From: a virus
Lineage: Duplodnaviria > Caudoviricetes
Virus record (IMG/VR): IMGVR_UViG_3300045000_000052
Coordinates: 1 to 56,250 of that record
DNA length: 56,250 nt
Reading direction: 5' to 3' (one strand)
Of this stretch, positions 18,446 to 27,374 are shown one piece after another. Under the pieces are notes generated by a model. The model had not been told where the DNA came from and made no database searches. It worked only from the letters and a program-made list of their open reading frames with translations. Each line of letters opens with the position of its first letter. Positions within the stretch are counted from its first letter, which is position 1. A program made the position numbers and the translations under genes.

Positions 18446-18536
18446 GTACCGCTAGTCTTTTGACTCTTTGGAAAAAGCGCAAAGAGTGGGTTAGGATCGA
18501 GGCGTTCCACCAGCCCCGACCACCAAAGGGATCCAC
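18446..18536 (+). promoter_or_regulatory. Promoter/operator/leader cassette, copy 2
   Basis: TTGGAA-N18-TAGGAT with perfect inverted repeat ACTCTTTG-N9-CAAAGAGT. Confidence 0.7.
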
Positions 18537-18806
18537 ATGACCAGCTCGCCCACCGCCCCCGCCCCGTCCGCCGCCGCCATCGAGGCCATGTACCGCTATC
18601 CCATCGTGCGCCAGGCGGCCGAGGTGCTCGTTGAGCAGGGCTGGGCGCCCGGCGACATCGACTACGGCCTGGACGCGGTCACGGATGAGCGCGGCTTTAA
18701 CGGGTGGGTGCTGTGGTACCTGCTGGACTGCACCCGGGCCGAGGTCGAGAGCTGGTACGCGGACCTCACCCCGCCGGGCGTGTCCGAGATCCGCTCGAGC
18801 ATCTGA
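18537..18806 (+). CDS. Hypothetical protein
   Basis: AAGGGA RBS; followed by a GCGGGCCC/GGGCCCGC hairpin. Confidence 0.65.
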   Translation: MTSSPTAPAPSAAAIEAMYRYPIVRQAAEVLVEQGWAPGDIDYGLDAVTDERGFNGWVLWYLLDCTRAEVESWYADLTPPGVSEIRSSI

Positions 18807-18884
18807 TCACCGAGCGGGCCCGCCACCACGGGGGCCCGCTTCCTACCCGCCCCCATCAACCCACCCGCCAGGGAGCCTCGCACC

Positions 18885-19427
18885 ATGAACGCCACCACCA
18901 CCCCGAGCACACCGGCCGTCGCGTCGGACTACTTCGCTGACCCCGACATCAACCCCGGCCGGGATCTCTCCCTGTTGCGCCCGCTGATCACGGCGGCCAA
19001 GGACGAGATCTCGATCGACATCGCCGAGGGGCTGGTGCCCGAGACCGTTGGGTCGTTCGGTGAGCTGCACGACTACGTGGACGCCAACGAGTACGCCCAG
19101 AGCGATGACCTGGACCCCGATGGCGGCTACGCCGAGTGGAACTACATCAGCGATGTGCTCGACCGCTGGCTAGTCGTTGGCCGCCCGGACTCCCGCGCCC
19201 AGTTCGCCCTCAACCGGATGGCCGCCAACGGGTGGGAGCCGGTCGGGCTGAACGGCTACGTCTGGGTGACGCTGCCCGCCAGCCTCGGCGACCCGGTGGT
19301 CAAGATGCCCGGCGTCAAGGTCGAGCGCGCCAGCACCGAGCGCCGCTCGCCGGGCATGCCGTGGCGCCGCTACTCGATGCCGCTGTCCCTGGTCGCTGAC
19401 TTCTGGGCTGCCTGGGTGTCGGCATGA
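18885..19427 (+). CDS. Hypothetical protein
   Basis: GGGAG RBS; VPETVGSFGELHDYVDANEY. Confidence 0.7.
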   Translation: MNATTTPSTPAVASDYFADPDINPGRDLSLLRPLITAAKDEISIDIAEGLVPETVGSFGELHDYVDANEYAQSDDLDPDGGYAEWNYISDVLDRWLVVGRPDSRAQFALNRMAANGWEPVGLNGYVWVTLPASLGDPVVKMPGVKVERASTERRSPGMPWRRYSMPLSLVADFWAAWVSA

Positions 19428-19681
19428 TCGGCGAGCGCGCCGGGTGGTCCCGACTCAGCCGAGAGCGCTGGGAGAGCCGCCGCGGCGAGGGCTCCCTACT
19501 GGTGGTCAAGCCGGCTGCCGGCACCGCGCGCACCGAGCACGGCACCCCGTACAGCTGGGTCTTCGCCTGGTACGGGCCCGCCGGCGGCGTGATCCACGGC
19601 TACAGCCGCACCGAGTTCTACAACTCGGCCGAGCGGGCGATGGACGCGGCCGAGGCGCACATGCGCCGGACGCTGTCATGA
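19424..19681 (+). CDS. Hypothetical protein
   Basis: ATGA coupling at both ends. Confidence 0.6.
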   Translation: MIGERAGWSRLSRERWESRRGEGSLLVVKPAAGTARTEHGTPYSWVFAWYGPAGGVIHGYSRTEFYNSAERAMDAAEAHMRRTLS

Positions 19682-20433
19682 GCGCCCCGGTGTGCGTGGA
19701 CTTCTGCTCGGGCGCCGCCGGGTCGGCCACCGGGTACGCCCGGGCCGGGTTCGAGGTGATCTGTGTGGACGTGAAGCGCTGGCGTTGCTTCCCGCATGAT
19801 CGTTTCGAGTTCATTCAGGCGGACATCCGCGAGATGGGTGTGGCCGGGATGGTCGAGCTGTGCCGGGCTCGGGGCGCCGCCCTGGTGACCGCGAGCCCGC
19901 CGTGTAAGACGCACTGCGACATGGCGCATTTCGCGGACCCGAGCCACGTCGATCTCATCCCGCTGGTGCGTGAGGCGCTGGCCGCCACCGGGCTGCCGTC
20001 GATCATCGAGAACGTCACCCCTCGGCCGCTCATCGACCCGGTGAAGCTGTGCGGCTCGAGTGCCGCGTTCGACCTGGGTGTCCAGCGTGAGCGATTCTTT
20101 GAGGCCAGTGGGGGGATCACCCTGACCGGCACCGAGTGCGACCACGCCCGGCAGGCCGAGCGGGCGCCGCTGCTGCCCGGCTACACCGAGCGCGGCTACC
20201 CGATCCGCCGGTACCACGATCTCAAGGACGGGCAGCCTTACCGCACCATCATGAGCCCGGTCATCGGTGTCTACGGCGGCGGGCAGGGCCTCGGGCCGGG
20301 CGAGACCGAGCTGTGGGCCCGGGCGATGGGCATCGACTGGATGAGCCGCCGCGCGATGGCCGAGGCGATCCCACCGGCCTACACCCAGTACCTCGGGCGC
20401 CAGGTGCTCGAGCAGATCGGAGCCTCGCTGTGA
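19678..20433 (+). CDS. DNA (cytosine-5) methyltransferase
   Basis: Motif I DFCSGAAG, catalytic SPPC, IIENV, QRERFF, AEAIPP. Confidence 0.88.
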   Translation: MSAPVCVDFCSGAAGSATGYARAGFEVICVDVKRWRCFPHDRFEFIQADIREMGVAGMVELCRARGAALVTASPPCKTHCDMAHFADPSHVDLIPLVREALAATGLPSIIENVTPRPLIDPVKLCGSSAAFDLGVQRERFFEASGGITLTGTECDHARQAERAPLLPGYTERGYPIRRYHDLKDGQPYRTIMSPVIGVYGGGQGLGPGETELWARAMGIDWMSRRAMAEAIPPAYTQYLGRQVLEQIGASL

Positions 20434-20738
20434 CCCCCCGCCTGCCCACCATCATGACCCCGCACGTGCCGCTCATCGCCCGCCCGGTGGTGCACGTCGA
20501 TGAGGACGGGGTGATCTACGTGCACGCCGAGCGGGGCCCGTGCCTGGCCCTGACCGTGGACCCCGCCGGGCACCTGGTGGTTCTCGGGCTGCGGCACCGC
20601 CTGGCCCGGGCCACTGACCCCGAGCTGCTCACCCGCCGGGAAGCGGCCACCGAGCTGGCCGAGGTGCTCGAGGGCATCGGCATGAGCAAGACAGCACGCA
20701 AAGCCGTCGACCACGTGATCAACGAATACGGGAGTTGA
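20430..20738 (+). CDS. Hypothetical protein
   Basis: GTGA coupling. Confidence 0.55.
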   Translation: MTPRLPTIMTPHVPLIARPVVHVDEDGVIYVHAERGPCLALTVDPAGHLVVLGLRHRLARATDPELLTRREAATELAEVLEGIGMSKTARKAVDHVINEYGS

Positions 20739-21241
20739 GCCCCATGCCCACCAACCCGCCGCCCCGCCCAGCGCCTCGGCGCCCAGCGCACAACGCCGAG
20801 CCCGGCATCACCGCCGCGTGGCTCAGTGATCTGCTGGCCGGTCGGATCTCGGTACCGCCGGGGGAGTACACCGTGCCCGCCAAGCCGGCGGTGCGCCGAG
20901 AGATGCTGCTGGGCGCCGAGGTCGAGATCACGCCGAGGGGCTACCGCGTGGTGAAGCCGGCGCCGAGCAAAGCCCATCTCTATCCGGACTGGCCCGAGGT
21001 CCCGCCGTGCCTGGACGATGCCGAGCCCCTCGCGGTGGACGCCATCGTGCCGGCCGTGGTGGACGTGCTGAACGCCATCACCGCGCGGCTCGAGCAGCTG
21101 CGCGACGGTGGGCACCCCGAGCGCGCGGACGGGGTCACCGAGGGCGAGCAAGCCGCGTGGCGGGCCGGGCTCAACCGGGCCATCACGCTGACCGCCAGCT
21201 CGGCGCTCATCGCGTCCGGGGTCGGGCGGGGGCGTGCGTGA
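20735..21241 (+). CDS. Hypothetical protein
   Basis: ORF track, coupled. Confidence 0.55.
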   Translation: MSPMPTNPPPRPAPRRPAHNAEPGITAAWLSDLLAGRISVPPGEYTVPAKPAVRREMLLGAEVEITPRGYRVVKPAPSKAHLYPDWPEVPPCLDDAEPLAVDAIVPAVVDVLNAITARLEQLRDGGHPERADGVTEGEQAAWRAGLNRAITLTASSALIASGVGRGRA

Positions 21242-21353
21242 TGGACTACGGATTGATCTTGTTAGGGGCGCTGCCAGGGCTGTTCATCGGCTACTGGGCC
21301 GCCATCATCAAAGTCAAGTTCGGCCGCGCTGGCCGGGGATGGAACAGACCGAC

Positions 21354-21818
21354 ATGAGCACCACCACCCAGAAACCACCCGCCGGTGAACGCCTCGGCGA
21401 GGATGACCTGAAGCGGGCCGAGACCTTTCGGTCGGGGCTCACGTCCAGCCCGGCGGCCGCCGAGTGGATCCGCGTGCTGATCGCCGAGTGCCGGGCCCGG
21501 GCGATCGAGGGAGCCGGGGAGGTCACCGACGTAGAGCGCGAACTGGCCACGGCATATCGGCGGGTCGGCGAGCTGGACTGGGCGCTGCGGAAACACGGCG
21601 TCAACCCCACCACGATCACCGCCGAGCAGCCCGCCGGCCGGCGCTACCCCCAAGGCTCGGGCCACCCGGACAAGCTGACCCCCCGGCAGATCGCCGCCGC
21701 GCTGGACGGTGGCCCAGACCCTGAGATCGCCGCGATGGCCACCGGCCTGGACGCGCTATTCCCGCTCGAGGTCGAGGCGCAGCGGCGCGTGCTGCGCTGG
21801 CTCGGCGAGCGTCTGTGA
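21354..21818 (+). CDS. Hypothetical protein
   Basis: MSTTTQKP start; ends AQRRVLRWLGERL. Confidence 0.6.
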   Translation: MSTTTQKPPAGERLGEDDLKRAETFRSGLTSSPAAAEWIRVLIAECRARAIEGAGEVTDVERELATAYRRVGELDWALRKHGVNPTTITAEQPAGRRYPQGSGHPDKLTPRQIAAALDGGPDPEIAAMATGLDALFPLEVEAQRRVLRWLGERL

Positions 21819-21941
21819 AGTGGCCGACGTGCCCCGAGTGCCGGCGGGACATGTGGCAGGCCTGGACCGACCGGCACCGCCTCGGCTGCTCACATTGCGG
21901 CCTGATCCTCGAACCCCAACCGGTGAAGGACATAGAGCAGG

Positions 21942-22337
21942 ATGATCAACATGACCAAGCCCGACCCGCCGGAGTACATCCGGGCAGCGCGGCGCACCGC
22001 GGCTGAGATGGCGGCTACCGAGTTCGGCGAGCTGCTCGGCACCCCGCGTTACCCGGTCGGGGCCAAGATCGCCGCCGTGCGGGAGATCCGTGACGCGTGC
22101 GGCGTGTCGGACTCGACCGCGTATGAGGCGCTCAAGATCCTAGAAATCCGCCGGCGGCTGTCCGTTCAGCACGGCATGCGCTCGGTCGTCCTCGAGCCAC
22201 CCACCCCCGAGCTGGCGCCGGCCCGGGCCGAGCAACTGAGCTGGGTGCGCAACGCCTACGAAATGCTCGGCGATGCCCTCGAGCGACTCGAGGCGGCCGA
22301 AGTCATCAAGCCGGCCGAGGGCGAGGGCGAGTCATGA
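21942..22337 (+). CDS. GntR-like winged-HTH regulator
   Basis: YPVGAKIAAVREIRDACGVSDSTAYEALKILE...VQHGMRSVV fits the GntR wHTH pattern. Confidence 0.7.
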   Translation: MINMTKPDPPEYIRAARRTAAEMAATEFGELLGTPRYPVGAKIAAVREIRDACGVSDSTAYEALKILEIRRRLSVQHGMRSVVLEPPTPELAPARAEQLSWVRNAYEMLGDALERLEAAEVIKPAEGEGES

Positions 22338-22735
22338 GCGGGGGGTGGGCCGCCGAGTATGACCGCCGGGTGGCCGCCGGCGCGCGCACCCGGCCGGCGG
22401 GGGACCTCGGCAACTACCAGGTTCAGGATGATCGGGGAAATTGGTTCCACCGGGCGCCCGGCAACATCGACTGCCCGTGCGGGCGAGACGCCAACGGCAA
22501 CCGGGTGGATCCGTGGATCGCGGCGCCGTCCGAGGCATTCGAGTGGATCAACGGGCATTACGTGCCGTTCTGGCGCCTGGATGAGGCGCGGGCCGAGCAG
22601 GCAGCTGAGCTGGCTCGAGCCGAGGCGGCCGCTCTGATCGAGCCCGAGCCAGCACCGGCGCTGTACCTGGTGGCGCCCGAGCCCGACTACCCGAGCCCTA
22701 CCGGCGTACCTGGCCAAGTGACGCGCGCCAGCTGA
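22334..22735 (+). CDS. Hypothetical protein with WAAxYD domain
   Basis: Paralogous N-terminus to 17659-17982. Confidence 0.6.
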   Translation: MSGGWAAEYDRRVAAGARTRPAGDLGNYQVQDDRGNWFHRAPGNIDCPCGRDANGNRVDPWIAAPSEAFEWINGHYVPFWRLDEARAEQAAELARAEAAALIEPEPAPALYLVAPEPDYPSPTGVPGQVTRAS

Positions 22736-22797
22736 GATCCACTGTCCACTGATCGACTACTACTCAAGAGCCCACAACACAGAACAGGTGAAACACC

Positions 22798-23382
22798 ATG
22801 CCACCACGCAAGCGCGCTGCCAACCCGGAAACCAACGGGTCGCACCCGGCCCGGCCGGTCTACCCGCCGTTCAACCCCGAGGCGTACTGCACCAAATGCA
22901 ACGGCACCGACATTGCCTCGAGCTACCACGCCGCGAACACGCGCCCCGGGCCCGGCGATGAGGTGCACAGCTCGGCCGGCTATCCCGAGTGGCTGCGCCG
23001 CTACTGCACCGGGTGTGACTACAGCTGGCCGGAGATGTGCGCCGATGCCCAGGACGAGTACGCCCGGCAGATCCGGGAGGCGGTCCGCGCGGCCGGGGTG
23101 CTGCCCCAGTTCGGGCTGCCCACCAACGCCACCACGCTCTACCTGACCGCCGATGGCACCGAGCTGGCCAAGTGGCACGACTACGAACCGGCGCGCCTCG
23201 ATGGGGTCGGGCGCTGGCCCGAGATCGCCGAGGTGGTGGTCATCGTCTGGTCAAGCGCCGAGGGGGGAGCCGAGCCGCACGAGATCCGGGTGCCGAGCCC
23301 GTACCTGGTCGCCGGCGCGCCGGCCACCCCGCCGTCCGCCGCGCCGGCGCCGGCCCAGGGAGGGCAGGGCGATGGCAACTGA
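22798..23382 (+). CDS. Zinc-ribbon hypothetical protein
   Basis: CTKC...CTGCDYSW. Confidence 0.6.
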   Translation: MPPRKRAANPETNGSHPARPVYPPFNPEAYCTKCNGTDIASSYHAANTRPGPGDEVHSSAGYPEWLRRYCTGCDYSWPEMCADAQDEYARQIREAVRAAGVLPQFGLPTNATTLYLTADGTELAKWHDYEPARLDGVGRWPEIAEVVVIVWSSAEGGAEPHEIRVPSPYLVAGAPATPPSAAPAPAQGGQGDGN

Positions 23383-23977
23383 GCCCGTGCCCGCGTGCTG
23401 CGGCGAGTGGCGGTGCACGCGGAGCCAACCGATCCGGGTGGCGCGATCGGAACTGACCGGCAGGTGGTACGCGGTCACCGCGCACGCCGAGCGGGCCGGC
23501 GGCGGTTTCGAGTCGATGCAGAAACACGCGGTGCACCCGGCCGATGCGGAGCAGCTCGAGGCGGCGCATCAGGCGCTGCTGGCCCAGCTGGCCCCGCTCG
23601 GCATCAAAGAGATGGCCGAGCCCGATCTGGTGCGGGAGTACGCGGCGAACCCCGAGCGCGGCAAGGTGGCGCCCACCGAGGCGCCCGAGGTGGCGGCGGT
23701 CGAGGCCAAGTGCCGGTACTGCGGCGAGCCCCTGCACCGGGGCGCCAACAGCCTGTACTACGGGCCGGGCGGCGCGGCGGTCTGCCCACAATTCGGCTCG
23801 GGCAACCCCATCGCCACCCATGAGCCCGAGGTGCCGTGCCGGTGGTGCGGCGAGCCCCTGCACCTCGGCCGGGGCAACATGTACCGCGACCGGGCTAACA
23901 AGTCGGTCTGCCTCGGCAGCGGTGACCGCCCGCCGGAGAGCGTCGTCCATGAGCCGCGGGCGGCGGTCAGTGGCTGA
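23372..23977 (+). CDS. Hypothetical protein with two tandem CxxCGEPLH...C...HEP repeats
   Basis: CRYCGEPLHRG and CRWCGEPLHLG. Confidence 0.6.
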   Translation: MATEPVPACCGEWRCTRSQPIRVARSELTGRWYAVTAHAERAGGGFESMQKHAVHPADAEQLEAAHQALLAQLAPLGIKEMAEPDLVREYAANPERGKVAPTEAPEVAAVEAKCRYCGEPLHRGANSLYYGPGGAAVCPQFGSGNPIATHEPEVPCRWCGEPLHLGRGNMYRDRANKSVCLGSGDRPPESVVHEPRAAVSG

Positions 23978-24233
23978 GCGGCACGGGGCGGCGTGCGAGC
24001 AGCTGCGCGTCATCGTCGCGCTCACCGAGGCGGCGATCACGCACCAGACTGGGCGGCCCGGCGGGGTGATGGCCCTGGCCGAGCTGCACGCCGCGCTGCT
24101 CAAGCTGCACTCGGCCGAGCGGCTGGTGCACTTCGCCCAGTGCCCGCTCGAGACCGAGACGCGCCGGCCCAGCTGGATGCCGGAGCCGCCGGCCGAGCTG
24201 GTCATCAGGTGGCGCACCCGGGAGATCACCTGA
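23970..24233 (+). CDS. Hypothetical protein
   Basis: GTG start overlapping the previous stop. Confidence 0.45.
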   Translation: MAERHGAACEQLRVIVALTEAAITHQTGRPGGVMALAELHAALLKLHSAERLVHFAQCPLETETRRPSWMPEPPAELVIRWRTREIT

Positions 24234-24322
24234 TCGAGTGACGTGACTTTGTAACGCCCACCTCGTTAGTCCCGATGAAACGAACGAACCGCAACTTTCA
24301 GCCTCACAACACGGAGCCTCAC

Positions 24323-24886
24323 ATGATCAAGTCTCTCTCGTTCATCGCCGCCTCGATGGCCGTGCTCGGCATCGGCCTGGCCGCCTGCTCGACCCCGACC
24401 GCGCCCGCCCCGGTCGCCGCCAGCTCGAGCTACGTCGCCCCGGTGGTGCCCGCGCAGCTGCCGGCCAGCGCGTACTACACCGAGCCCACCGCCGCCCCCG
24501 TCGCGGTCGAGCCCGCCCCACTGGCCCCGGCCCGCGCCATCACCGACCGCCAGTGGGCGCTGATCGCCAAGGCGCCGGCCAGCCACGTCGGTGACCGGGT
24601 GATCGTGTTCGGCAAGGTGACTCAGTTCGATGCCGCCACCGGCACCGCCGGGTTCCGCGCCAACGTCGGCGGGGTCAAGCTGCCCGTGAGCTACGGGTTC
24701 GTGAACTACCCGACCAACACCATGCTGACCGGCGATGAGGGCGGCCTGGCCACGCTGGTAGAGGGCGACATTTTCCGCGCCGAGGTGACCGTGATCGGCC
24801 CGTACTCCTACGACACTCAGATCGGTGGCTCGACCACCGTGCCGGCGCTGACCGTGACCGCGTACAAAGTCATCGGCCACGTCTGA
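24323..24886 (+). CDS. Lipoprotein with OB-fold-like domain
   Basis: Signal peptide + LAAC lipobox; P..HVGDRVIVFGKVTQ...LVEGD...YSYDTQIGGSTTVP. Confidence 0.8.
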   Translation: MIKSLSFIAASMAVLGIGLAACSTPTAPAPVAASSSYVAPVVPAQLPASAYYTEPTAAPVAVEPAPLAPARAITDRQWALIAKAPASHVGDRVIVFGKVTQFDAATGTAGFRANVGGVKLPVSYGFVNYPTNTMLTGDEGGLATLVEGDIFRAEVTVIGPYSYDTQIGGSTTVPALTVTAYKVIGHV

Positions 24887-24935
24887 GCTAGCCTGGACAC
24901 CGCTACTGCTCGACCGAATCGCCCGCACGACACAG

Positions 24936-24964
24936 CGCCCCTCACCGTCCGTAGGTGGGGGGCG
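24936..24964 (+). terminator. Hairpin terminator after the lipoprotein gene
   Basis: CGCCCCTCACC/GGTGGGGGGCG stem. Confidence 0.55.
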
Positions 24965-25024
24965 TTGCCATGTCACCGGGTCGAGTGACGTGACCCGGCG
25001 GTAACCCGCTCGTTGAACGCTAAG

Positions 25025-25172
25025 GTCAGCCCGCCCGCGCGATGCGTGCCCAGGCCATGGGGAGCGCCGGGCGACCGCGCGGACGGGCTGACTCCTCGCA
25101 TCCGGGCGCCGGCGGGAGCCTCAATTCCCCGTACCCGGACAGCGTCAGGCTACGGCTTACCCCCGGCGCCCG
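25025..25172 (+). ncRNA. Candidate structured RNA (two long stems)
   Basis: Stem 25025-25041/25076-25092 and stem 25103-25112/25163-25172, downstream of a promoter-like motif at 24990-25014. Confidence 0.35.
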
Positions 25173-25175
25173 ACA

Positions 25176-26045
25176 TCAACCCGTCAGGGCCAGCACGCGG
25201 CTCGGGGCCCGGTAGCCGAACACCCGCTGGCGCTGCACATAGAGACCGCTCGGGCGGCGTTCTAGCTCATCCTCGTGGTGCCCAGGGGCCCGGAAAAACG
25301 GCAGGAACTTGCCGGTGGTCGAGGCGGCCGGCGCGGCCGGTATCGCGATGGTGTAGACGTCGAAGATCGAAATGTGGTTGGTGGTGATCGTCGCGGTGTC
25401 GACCGCGCCGATCCGATCGCAAACGATCATGCCCACGTTGAACTTGCCGGTCACGTTGGAGATGTAGCTGCCCCGCGCGGTCCAGCTCGCCGGCGCCGTG
25501 GTCGAGAAAGTCTTGCCGGTGCCGGTGGCGTCATCGCCGGACATGTAAACCCGCAGCACGTAGTCAGTCGCGGCCACCGAGGTGGGGTTGGCCGGCGCCT
25601 GGCACGCCGCGTTGGCCGCCGTGGTGACGCTGCCGGCGCCACCGCCGTGCGCCAGCCCGACATCGGCGGACACCGGGTTGAGGTTGGTGGGCGTGGTGTT
25701 GGAGAACGTCGGGGCCCAGGCGGGGTCCACCCCGGTGATCCGAGCGCACGCCGCAATGTTCGGTTGGTTGCCGGTGGCGCCGCTGTTTTTCATCGCGTAC
25801 GACGTCGTGCCGGCCACGTCACCCGAGGTGGCGAACCGGTAGAACATCGCCGAGCCGATGTCGGATGCCACCGCGCTCGGGTTGGCCAGCGGGAGGAACC
25901 CGGCCGGGGTGAGGTAACCGAACGGCTCATCGTTCAGGCCGAAGATAACCAACAGATCGTTGGTCGCGGTGCCGGCCGGACACAGCACGTTGGCCTGCTG
26001 CTGGGCGACCAGGGTTGAGACGGCGATGGATCCGAATGCGGGCAC
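25176..26045 (-). CDS. Minor tail / virion-associated beta-rich protein
   Basis: PAGTATNDLLV, T/A/G-rich; last gene of the late block. Confidence 0.6.
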   Translation of the reverse strand: MPAFGSIAVSTLVAQQQANVLCPAGTATNDLLVIFGLNDEPFGYLTPAGFLPLANPSAVASDIGSAMFYRFATSGDVAGTTSYAMKNSGATGNQPNIAACARITGVDPAWAPTFSNTTPTNLNPVSADVGLAHGGGAGSVTTAANAACQAPANPTSVAATDYVLRVYMSGDDATGTGKTFSTTAPASWTARGSYISNVTGKFNVGMIVCDRIGAVDTATITTNHISIFDVYTIAIPAAPAASTTGKFLPFFRAPGHHEDELERRPSGLYVQRQRVFGYRAPSRVLALTG

Positions 26046-26048
26046 CGC

Positions 26049-27374
26049 TCAGGCTTCCTGGCCGGTGGCGATAACGTCCCACTTGGTATCCGCGGCGTTC
26101 CACACCGTGCCGATATAGAGCGTCTTAGAGATCACCGTCGTGGTCGGCAGCGTGACCCCGAGGGCGCGGAACTGCGAGCCCGACCAGGTGAACGCCCGGG
26201 CGGTGCCGTTGTCCTTGAATCGGTACATCAACATCTGCCCATCGGTGGGTGTGCCGGTGGGGTTGGCCATCGCGATGGCGGCCGCCTGGGCGGTGACGTT
26301 GTACTGATCGTGGGCATCCGCGTCGGCGGTGATGGTCGCGCTGCTCGCCGTGGTCCCGATCCGCTTGGTGATCCGAGCATTGGTCAGCGTCCGGGTCGCC
26401 GCGCGCTCGGTGGCGTTCGAGGTGTTGTCCACCGAGCCGAGCCCGACGTCCGAGGCGACCAGGCCGAGCGCCGTTTTCAGCTGGGCGTAGGTCTTGCGAA
26501 TCCAGCCCGCCCCATCGGTGACCAGCGCCCCGGCGGTGGCCGAGTCCAGCGCGGCAATGGTGGTGATATCGCCATCGGCGAACGTCGGGTTCGGGTAGCT
26601 GCCGGCCAGCACGCCGCCGGCGGTGCCGTTGGGCGCCCTCGAGTCCGAGAGTCGCGCGTCGTTGCCGGCGGTGGCCTGGGCCGCCCCGGTGCCCAGGGTG
26701 CGCAAGCTGGCGGTGCCGGCGGCCGCGTCCTTGATGCCGGCCGCTATCTCGGTGCCCCCGACCGCGCCGGCCGCGATGGACGGGTTGGGGTAGCTGCCGC
26801 CGAGCGAGCCCCCAGCGGCCCCGTTGGGCGCGCGTGAGTCGGTGGTACTGGCGTGGTTGCCCGGCAGCGCCTGGGCGGCCCCAGTGCCCAGCGTGCGCAG
26901 CCCGGCGGTACCGGCCACCGGATCCTTGACCGCCGCCGCTATCTCGGTGCCGGTGATCGCGCCGGCGGCGATGGTGGGGTTGGGGTAGCTGCCGGCCAGG
27001 CTGCCGCCGGCGGTGCCGTTGGGCGCCCTCGAGTCGGTGAACCGGGCATCGTTGCCCAGGGCCACGGTGGTGCCGGTCGAGCCGGTGGGGATCTGGGCGA
27101 TGCCGAACACGCCCGAGGTGATGTCACCGGCGACCAGCCCGAGCGCCGTTTTCAGCTGGGCGTAGGTCTTGCGGATCCACCCCGAGCCGTCCGTGGCCAT
27201 GGCGCCGGCGGTGGCCGAGTCGAGCGCGGCCATGGCGGTGAGGTCAGCGTCCAAGGGCTGTTTGCCGGCCAGCGCCGAGGTGGTGGCCGAGCCGTCCGCC
27301 TTGGCCGCCAGGTCGGTCGGCAAGTTGACGATGTCGGCCTGGGGGACCTGGCCGAATAGCGCGTGCGTACCCAC
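26049..27374 (-). CDS. Tail fibre-like protein with internal repeats
   Basis: KQPLDADLTA; three DSRAPNGxAGGxLxGSYPNP repeats; C-terminal NPTGTPTDGQ...WDVIA. Confidence 0.75.
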   Translation of the reverse strand: MGTHALFGQVPQADIVNLPTDLAAKADGSATTSALAGKQPLDADLTAMAALDSATAGAMATDGSGWIRKTYAQLKTALGLVAGDITSGVFGIAQIPTGSTGTTVALGNDARFTDSRAPNGTAGGSLAGSYPNPTIAAGAITGTEIAAAVKDPVAGTAGLRTLGTGAAQALPGNHASTTDSRAPNGAAGGSLGGSYPNPSIAAGAVGGTEIAAGIKDAAAGTASLRTLGTGAAQATAGNDARLSDSRAPNGTAGGVLAGSYPNPTFADGDITTIAALDSATAGALVTDGAGWIRKTYAQLKTALGLVASDVGLGSVDNTSNATERAATRTLTNARITKRIGTTASSATITADADAHDQYNVTAQAAAIAMANPTGTPTDGQMLMYRFKDNGTARAFTWSGSQFRALGVTLPTTTVISKTLYIGTVWNAADTKWDVIATGQEA

